Shown here piece after piece: positions 56,054-64,000 of a stretch of 64,000 nt of DNA; within the stretch, counting starts at the first letter, position 1, and the number at the start of each line of letters is the position of its first letter. The notes below the pieces were generated by a model. It was not told the origin of the DNA, did no database searches, and saw only the letters and a list, made by a program, of their open reading frames with translations. The stretch is from Camelus ferus (taxonomy: Eukaryota): assembly GCF_009834535.1 (NCBI RefSeq), contig NC_045696.1, forward strand, positions 33,792,001-33,856,000. Reading direction: 5' to 3'. The translations under genes and the position numbers were made by a program.

Positions 56054-56245
56054 TAAAAGTTGTCAGATAAACACAGGATGCCCAGTTAAACCTGAATTGC
56101 AAATAAACAACAATATATATTTTTTATTATAAGTATGTCATAACTCTTGCACAGAGCATATTAATATTAAAGTATTATTCATTGTTTATAAAATTCAAAT
56201 TTAACTGAATACCCTGTATCTTTATTTGCCAAACCTGGCAGTCTC
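56054..56245. mobile_element. MER53-like hAT MITE, near full length, palindromic
   Basis: gttgtcagataaacacaggatgcccagttaaacctgaattgcaaataaacaa...ttgtttataaaattcaaatttaactgaataccctgtatctttatttgccaaacctggca. Confidence 0.85.
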
Positions 56246-56684
56246 AAAAGGGCCACAGAATTAAAATATTACTTAAGAGACGATGAAATATATTCAATAG
56301 TTGGCAACCTGCAAATCCTCCCAACCAGGGCTTCACAACCTATGGGGCATCCCAACCACTGCCCTTGAGTGATTTAAAGGTGAGGCAACATGGATTCCCA
56401 GGGTGTTTGAGGCACTGGGAAGTGATGGAGAGGCTGGAGCCTTACAGCATCATCACTGGCCTCTGAGGGCCTAGGGTCTGTCCCCTGGGGTCCTGTGATA
56501 TGGTCTCTGTCCATGTCACCATGTTAGGAAGGCTGGGGGGTTCTCTTCTACTGTTCTTGTCCCTTTCTGCCACTCACACTAAGATCTGTCCTGGATGTTG
56601 GCCACTGCTGTGGTTCCAGGCAGAGTGTCCACAGAGTTCTCAGACCTGGCAACATGCTGGGGCTCAGCTGTGGCCTCTGAGGCC

Positions 56685-59112
56685 ATGGAGAGTCACCTGA
56701 CGGCTGTGATGCTCTGAGTCAATCAGTCCTAGAGAGACTGAGGCAGATGGTGGCAGGACTCACATGAGACCTTAGACCAGCCCCAGATCCCTGAAGATTT
56801 CTGTAGGACAGGGTAGGAATTTTAGTAATAGTAGGATTCTAGAATCATTAGAGCCTGACTTTACACAGTTAGAGACAAAGAACTGGCCGTTGGATTGTCT
56901 GCCCTTCTGAAGGAATGAGAGCACATCTTTGAGTGAGATGGTTATAAAGAGGAATTTGCAGGAATTGAATTAAGTTTAATGCAAGCCAGACTTAAGGACA
57001 CTTTAATAGAAATACAGAAGTTGGAGGCCATTAATAAGGACCTGGAATCTCTCTTTCCTTGAGCTCAAGAAAAGAAACTTAAAAAAAGACTGAAAGAAGA
57101 GTAATATAAATGCTTAGAACAAGTTGGGCTAATGACAAATATAAAAAGAGTCTCTTTTTAAATGAAAAATGGTATATCGACTCTTAAAATTTCAAGTAAC
57201 TGCAATTAAATCCACCTTCATTATATGTCAGAAAAAAATGAAGCACAACTTTAGACAACATTTTTTAAAATGCTTTGAATGAAAACTTCAGTCTTAAGGA
57301 GAGCATAAAGTCACTTCCACACGTTGAAGGATAGAAAAGAAGTGACCATTACACAAAATGTAATGCTACAAAACTCTGAAGTGGCATGTAGTAAGCTATA
57401 AAAGTAAAATATCATATTTCTGAGTGAATTTTGCTAACAGTGATCTGTTCTTAGAAAAGACAACATGGATTGTGAGAGCTGGGAATCCCATAAAACAAAT
57501 GTATCAGAAATGGAAATCTTGTAGTAGAATTTTAGAAGAAACAGATTGATATGGCCAAATAAAGTAGGCTGAATAATGGCCCCCCAAAGATGTCCACGCC
57601 CTAATCCCCAGAATCTTCCATGGCAAAAGGGACTTGACAGATTTGCTTACGTTAAGGATCTTGAGATGGGGGAGAGTGTCCTGGATGATCTGGGTGGGCT
57701 CAATGTAATCACACAAGTCCTTAAAGAGGGAGGCAAGAGTGTCAGAGTTATAAAAGGAAATGATAGAAAAACAGGTTGAAGTGATGTGGCCATGAGCATG
57801 GAATGTAGGGGGCCTCAAAAGCTGTAAAACATGAGGAATGAATTTTCCCTTGGCCTCTAGAGGAAACACCACCCTGGATGACACTTCGATTTTAGCCCAG
57901 TGAAACTAATTTCAGACTCCTGCAGTCCAGACTGTAAGATAATAAATTTATGTTGTTTTAAGCCACTAAGTTGGTGATAATTTGTTATAGCGGCCATAGG
58001 AAATTCATGCACTTCTTTAAAAATTCTTGGAGGAAAACAGAAACCAATGTATACTAAATTAACTGAAGAAGACAGGATACTCAGTGCACTTAAAGATCAC
58101 ATGAAAAGTCTCCAAATGGAGAAATGGTTGCTGCAATCAGAAAACCACAGTTAGAAAGTAAAAAGCAAATACTCCAGCTCAAAATTTGTCCCTCCAGAAC
58201 TGCCTTAAGAAGGAAAAAAAATGAATCTTCATGAAATATTCAATTTAGAGTGAATTTACCACAAAAGAGAAGAGAATCTTTCCAAAGTAATAGATCAGCC
58301 ACACATGTGAAGAGCTGGACACATATAAAATAGAAGTCAAAATCTTTCAGAAAAATTGGAAATAATCAATGGCAGTTATCAATGTCAAAGTATTTCCCAT
58401 GAGAGAAAAGCCCAGGGTAACAGGTATGGAATACTGATGGTTGAGAGTAACATTGATGGTTTAAGAAAGAAAAAATGGAAACTTCAGCCAAATTTTTTTT
58501 GACTTAGTATTTAACGTGAATGTTTTGAAAAGTATCTTTATGTCCCTGCTGTTCTAAACAGGACATTTGGCATAGCCTCTAGAATACCGCTAGGCAATTC
58601 TCTGTATGACAGATCATGAGGAAGGAGGAATATGATGCTGTAATGGGATGGGATCCATGGTTCATGACTGGTAGGGACCAGATGTCACCCCTACAACCTC
58701 AGAAGGAGATCCAGCAGCTCCTCCATGTGGCAAAGAAAGAGCTTGTCCTGATGCTCTTGCATGCCAGAGACTGAGGACCTGCCTTTGATTTAACCCTCCC
58801 ACGGGAGTGGACGGTCTGGCCCTCCACCTTATCCTCCCATCAGAAGCCATATGTTGCAGAAGGGGCCCAGCGGAAATTCCTAAGAAGAAGATTGCCGGCC
58901 TGCCTCCAACCCTGGAAAGAAAGAACAAACCTCCCCAGAAATGCCCTCCTTCAAGGGAATTCCACGACCCACGTCAGTAAACGTCTCTACATCAAGTGCT
59001 GAATTCAGTTTCCCCCTCATTTATCTTGAAAACAGAAGTGTTTCAGCTTCTGGGTTGATTTCTGCCTTCCGATATGCTTATCTCTGAAGATCCAGAACCA
59101 CAGTAAGACACT
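56685..59112 (+). pseudogene. CTAGE5: Processed pseudogene (retrocopy) of cTAGE5/MIA2, degraded by stops, frameshifts and deletions, interrupted by an MLT1 LTR at 57564-58011
   Basis: Colinear intronless peptide blocks match human cTAGE5 as I recall it. gccATGG at 56685, then VLERLRQMVAGL (cf. VLEELRRVVAAL); LYTVRDKELAVGLSAL (LYVGREKKLALMLSGL); KRLKEE*YKCLEQVGLMTNIKR (KELKEEKSKHSEQDELMADISKR); NALNENFSLKES (DALNENSQLQES); SLKILGGKQKPMYTKLTEEDRILSALKDHMKSLQMEKWLLQSENH ([46 protein letters not shown]); ISHTCEELDTYK (ISHATEELETYR); SYQCQSISHERKAQGN (SYQGQIISHEKKAHDN); C-terminus ENRSVSASGLI..SEDPEPQ*DT (EGRSEFPSGLI..TEHPEPQQET). Confidence 0.92.
57564..58011 (+). mobile_element. MLT1D-like solo LTR inserted in cTAGE5 retrocopy
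   Basis: gtaggctgaataatggccccccaaagatgtccac...aagccactaagttggtgataatttgttatagcggccataggaaattcatgca; inserted between the KKQIDMAK and SLKIL codons (cTAGE5 KKLIHAAKLN|ASLKTL). Confidence 0.9.
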
Positions 59113-59900
59113 TTCTTCTCTCTCTGCTAAAGTTATTTTGATTTTTTTTCTCTCAGTTTTATTGTTATCGATTAAGTGATTATACATTCACTCAAACGAA
59201 ATTTTGATAGAATCATAAGTCTTAAGAAAATGGTTTATAACTTGATCTAAAGGTGAATTTTGTAAGTTAATTACTTCATCTTAACTCTACTTGCAAATAG
59301 TGTAATTATAATATTTTTGTTCTTGTCAACAACTCTACTAAAATAATCCAGAAATATAGCAAGTTTTTTTGATCTTCTAAAATAATTTTGAACTTATTTT
59401 ATTTTGACATTATTGCCATTATTTAAGTGATTATACAATAGCTCAAATAGAAATTTCATAGATTATAATTTTTCGGATAGTCATTTATAAATGTATATTA
59501 TATAAATGAGAAATTTATGAGTAAACATTTCCACTTAATTTTTATATAATGTAATTACAGTATTTTTGTTGTTGATATTTAGCAAGGCTCTTCTGTTGAC
59601 CCAGAAACATAGCAATTTTTTGTTTCTTCTAAAGGAGGAATTTTTCTCTTGTTTAGTTTCATTATGGCAGATAAGTGACTATCCAAGTCCTCAAATAAAA
59701 AAGTATAACTTTCAGAAATTAAATTTTCAGTTTCCGTTACATTTTTAAAATTATCATACAAAAATATACTTCTTAGGATAGCATTTCATAGTGGTCGTTT
59801 ATTTAAGAGTGAGTTTCTTGAGTAAATTATTTTCTTTTCTTCTATTTGTAGATAGTATATGGATAGTATTTTGATTGATGGAATTTTAAAAATCCCCTGT
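59090..59900 (+). repeat. Degenerate ~250-bp tandem triplication of the cTAGE5 retrocopy CDS-end/3'UTR
   Basis: Anchor taagtga(t/c)tat..ctcaaa at 59173, 59424 and 59672. Anchor ccagaa...ct(g)ctaaa/cttctaaa at ~59092, ~59348 and ~59601. Confidence 0.75.
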
Positions 59901-60182
59901 AACATAGACTCTGGTAAGAGTTTTACAGGAACATTGTCACATCTGGAGATATTCAAAATTTCAAGTTTATTTATTTGTGTATAACAAAGGCTGAATATAT
60001 TCTGGTTATGAGACTAATATGTTTATGTAAATAAATTTTAGTTTAAAAGAAATATTTGTTCATGGGTTGCATTGTGCTCAGCAGAAAACCCATTAAACCC
60101 CTCACTGGGTTCCTGCAAGTGCCTTGAGGGGCCCAAACTCCTTCTTCTCTTTTGCTCACTCTGCTCCTTTGGCTAGAAATGC

Positions 60183-60243
60183 TTTTCTTTTTCTTTTTCT
60201 TTATGTTTTTTCTTTTTCTTTTTCTTTTTCTTTTTCTTTTTCT
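60183..60243. repeat. (TTTTTC)n polypyrimidine tract
   Basis: Hexamer repeats. Confidence 0.9.
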
Positions 60244-60556
60244 CTTCTCTTACTACTTCATGTTCGAAATAAGAAGTATTTGAAGAAGCTTTCAGTGATT
60301 TCCCATTTGAAATTAATTCTTCCTGCTCCTCTTTATTTTCACACCCTATGCTTTTCTGTTTTTTCTTGTTAACACTTACGACAATGTGCAATTATGTAAT
60401 TATGTATGTGATTGTTGAATGTGCGTATCCAGCCCATGTGTCCATGTCTTCTGAGACTAGACCCATTTTGCATCATTTACTCTTTCCAGTGTTTTTAGGT
60501 CAGGAGATGGCAGGCATTTAGGGCATTTGGATGGGACAGTTCTTTCCTGTGAATGT

Positions 60557-60828
60557 GTATTAGGCAGGTTTCACTGTGGTAACAACAACACATAACATAC
60601 ATAACAAACAATCTTCAAATCTCAGGAGCTCATAACAATAAGCATCTACTTTTTCAAACACAGTTCTTTCCATCAGTACCCTGGACTTGGCTGGGCTTGG
60701 GTTTCAGGTCTGCTTCTTTCAGTCAGATCTGTTTCTTATTCAGAGGCCCAGGATAAAAGAGCTACGTAGACATCTTCTTACAGCGGGTGTCCCAAACACA
60801 GTAGGGCAGGCAGAGCAGAGCCCACACT
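60557..60828 (-). mobile_element. Old MLT1 (I/J-type) LTR fragment
   Basis: tgtattaggcagg..tgtggtaacaac...caaatctcaggagctcataacaataagcatctact..gggtttcaggtctgct is the reverse of an MLT1 3' end. Confidence 0.6.
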
Positions 60829-60830
60829 TC

Positions 60831-61275
60831 TTTTTTCATTAAAGTACAGTTGATTTACAATATTGTATCAGTTTCAGTTGTACAGCAAAGTGATGCAGTT
60901 ATATATTTTTTTCAGATTATTTTCCATTATAGGTTACTACAAGATATTGAATATAGTTCCCTCTGTTATACAGTAAATCCTTGTTGCTTATCTATTTTAT
61001 GTAAGTAGTTTGCATCTGTTAATCCTATACTCCCAATTTATTGCCTCCACCTTTCCTTTGGTAACCATACATTTGTTTTCTATGTCTGTGAGTCTCTTTC
61101 TGGTTTGTATACAGATTCATTTGTATTATTTTTTAAATTCCACATATAAGTGATGTAATATTTGTCTTTTACTGTCTGATTTACTTCACTTAGTATGAAA
61201 TTCTCCAGGTCCATCCTTATTGCTGCAGATGTCAGTATTTCATTCTTTTTTATGGATAAGTAATATTCTATATAA
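60831..61275 (-). mobile_element. L1 3' end
   Basis: aagtacagttgatttacaatattgt...ttattttccattataggttactacaagatattgaatatagttccct...ttccacatataagtgat...tccaggtccatcc. Confidence 0.92.
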
Positions 61276-62439
61276 ATATATTGTTGAGATCCCATGTCGG
61301 CTGCTCAGCCCCTTCTGGAGGACAGAGCAGAGGGATTTCTGGTTAATTCATGTCCTGTTCTGTGTCTGAAAAGAAGGTTTTGAGAGCCGCTAAGCCCACG
61401 TGGCTGAGGAGGACCCTGAGGAGGACCCACGGTCTGGAAGGTGCCAGCTCTCTGCCCAGCACTTGCAGCTCCCAGTCGCCTCCCCTGAGTCCCGGTGCGT
61501 CCATCATGGCGGAGCTGTCCCCTCATCCTGGCCAGGTTGGACCAGGAGGTTTGTGGCTGTCTTGCAGGGCAAAGGGCAAGTTCCTAGCTTAGGGGCTCCC
61601 AGCTGCCAAGAAAGGGTTAAGTTCCCTGCTGAAAGGCCAGGCTTGGGTCAGGAAAACCGAGAGCCTAGGAAGCAAACTGAGGGAGGCACGTGGCCCTAGT
61701 GGCGTGTTCTGCCCTGGCTCCAGACGCGCATAGAGCAGCAAAGGGCCTGGGCAGACGGACAGCGCGGGGGTGGGAGGGAGTCCGGGGGTCCAGCAGCAGC
61801 TCCTACCCTCACTCTCCATCCTGCCCAGCCCCTCCCGAGCCCATCAGGCCTGCCACGGACACTCCTAGGGTCAAAAATGGGAGATTGGGACCTGTGCTGG
61901 ACATTTGGTCAGTCTCAAGGCAGCGCGTGACAGAGGTGACAGCCATTCCTGGAGGAGGGGAGGAATGTACCTCCAAGAGTCTCGGACTGCGTGTCAGGAA
62001 GCCCCATGACCCTGCTGACCCTGCCACTTGCCCCTCTCTTTCTCCGAGGGATCAAGTTCTTAGTTGTCACTTTCTGCTAAGCGGATATTTACAGAGGGCT
62101 CCCTGCACGCTGGGAGCTGCGCTGTTAAGACAAAGACAAAGACAAGGGATCAGCTCCGGGAAGGCTCTTCCTTTGTGGTATCCCCCTTCTTCCTCTGTAG
62201 TCGTGACTTTAATAGACACCCCAAACACCCGGTGATGGTGACCAAGCTAGGATCAGCCTGGCAGTGCCCAAGCAGGCAGCCTCAGGGACCAATGGTGGGC
62301 TGATATTTTCAAGCACAGTAATTAGTAAAAGCAAGTGAAACAAGGATGTACATCAGAATTTCACTGTATGACCTGAGCGATTTCCTTATTGATTTGGATA
62401 ATACTTTTCCAGTGTGATTTGTATATGTGGGCACTGTCC

Positions 62440-62890
62440 ACAGTATGACTACAGACCCAACACATGTTTACATTTAATCTGTGTTATTAGAACCTATTCC
62501 ATTAATTTCTTAAGTCTAGAAAATCAACGAAACTATAAGTCAAGCCCTGATTTGTAGTATTTGCCTGGCACTGTGTGCAAATACCCATCATAGCCCATTT
62601 TAACTTTTACAATGTGTAGTCACTGAATACAGGTTTGGGAAGAAATTCACAGTTGCACACCTTTGCTTCTTATTTTTATCATAAAGATACAATAGACATA
62701 AATAACCGCAAGAACACAGACAACAGCAAAATTTAGTGAGATAATTATGTAGAGATGAAATTTGAGTAACTATTACCTTTCTAAGTAAAATTCACTTAAC
62801 TGTAAGTATATATAATTTAATTGTGGTTCAGAAATTTCAGTAATTTTAACACGACTCTGGTTAGCTAGTCTGAGTCATCTCCAGCACAAA
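62440..62890. mobile_element. MER63-like hAT-Blackjack element
   Basis: aagccctgatttgtagtatttgcc...agatacaatagacataaataacc...ctccagcaca; a short copy of the same terminus (ggctccagcacaccactg) lies at ~55902-55919. Confidence 0.7.
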
Positions 62891-62994
62891 ATCCTGTCCC
62901 CAAAAGAGGGATTTTGTGGTTTATATTTCTATTTGTATCTGTGTTTACTAGAACTCATACAAAAAACAAAACAAAACAAAATTAGCCTGTATTA

Positions 62995-63135
62995 ACATAT
63001 ATAAATGTATATATTTTTATATGTATATATACATTAAAGTGTACATATACACTTAAAAAGTATATATATATACTTTTGTATGTGTATATATAGCACATAT
63101 ATATGTGTGTGTGTGTGTATATATATACACTTTTA
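62995..63135. repeat. (TA)n/(TG)n low-complexity tract with short palindromes
   Basis: aagtgtacatatacactt and aaaagtatatatatatactttt. Confidence 0.85.
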
Positions 63136-64000
63136 ATTAATAGTCACTTTTCAAGGGTCCATTCTGTGCCAAGAACTGTACATCTCTTCAAATCAGTATC
63201 ATCTAGTGCAAATGTCAGCTAACTAAATGGGCCAAATCTAGGTTATTTTCGTACTGCCAGAAAGCAAGGTATGGCAAATATACATTTACATTTTAATTGA
63301 TTGTCCTTTGCACAAGGATGGTTGCTTGAAGAGTTGAGAGCAGCACTAACAATCACCTAAAGAACAAAGTTTCCAGTGTCTTTAAATGAATAGACAGATG
63401 TTACTAATAATGCTCAGCTATCCCTGTGAGGAGTTGATGCCCAGTTTGAAGTGACTAAAAAATTCTCTATCAGTAGTCTGCTTAGAACAGCTGTGTATCA
63501 GAATATTTTTAAAGAAGTTGAGAAAATACTAATTCAGTACAACCTGAAGTAGAATCTGCTAAGACATATTTCAACTGATGCTGGGAAAAATGTGTGGAGC
63601 AGAAAAAAAAATTGGATACATTTATAAAATATGTGAAATATAAAGTGTTTTAGTCTGTATTTTTTCATTTTATTATTCATCAGAAAGTACCTTCCATAAA
63701 ATATTTGAATCTATCATGTGTTATTAAACCAGCATTGTCATTGGTGAATTTCATTCACTCTGGTAGGTAGTTCTGTGATCTTTTTTGTCAGAAATTGGAG
63801 CTGAATAACCTGACTTTTGTTACCACTCAGTAGTTTGATGGGTTAGCATTCATGATGTTTTCTTGCCATTTTTTTCAGCTCAAGGGCAAGATTGGAAAAT
63901 TGCTCTTAATGAGAAGAATTGCCGTTGGCCTATGTTCATGACCACTGAATAGCCTTGGGAATTAGCTTTTGCTACAGATTCGAAAATACTTCTTAATAAA

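Noticed and set aside
58868..59108. Apparent inducible promoter and first exon (NF-kB-like ggaaattcc and gggaattcc, CRE half-site acgtca, ATG MLISEDPEP, donor gtaag)
   Set aside because: Entirely explained as the decayed C-terminal coding region of the cTAGE5 retrocopy.
61690..62235. Longest ORF (181 aa) and overlapping ORFs in the GC-rich block
   Set aside because: No recognisable domain, non-ATG start, and open frames on both strands, as expected from GC richness.
1..64000. Prokaryotic-type systems (CRISPR arrays, operons, rRNA)
   Set aside because: No regularly spaced repeat-spacer array, dense ORFs or rRNA similarity; the sequence is mammalian intergenic or intronic DNA.

Overview
AT-rich mammalian genomic DNA, very probably camelid (five Vic-1-type tRNA-Ala-derived SINEs). 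I find no intact protein-coding gene, and none of the listed ORFs looks like one. Most recognisable sequence is interspersed repeat: L1, HAL1, L2, CR1/L3, MIR, MLT1 LTRs and hAT MITEs. Main finds: (1) an old, heavily degraded, intronless cTAGE5/MIA2 retrocopy on + (~56.7-59.1 kb). It is split by an MLT1D-like LTR, lacks an internal segment as if copied from an exon-skipped isoform, and has a ~250-bp end unit repeated three times. (2) A 3'-truncated ERV-L provirus (~39.4-44.8 kb) with an LTR33/LTR16-class 5' LTR and gag, protease, RT, RNase H and integrase remnants. (3) A tailless retrocopy of the 5' half of tRNA-Ile(TAT) with a perfect 19-bp target-site duplication (31.9 kb). (4) A site at 52.4-52.8 kb hit by three successive retrotranspositions. 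(5) Candidate regulatory elements, including a convergent CTCF-motif pair, and an out-of-place GC-rich 1-kb block fused to an L1 end. All repeat and protein assignments come from by-eye comparison with remembered consensus sequences. Subfamily names and boundaries are approximate.
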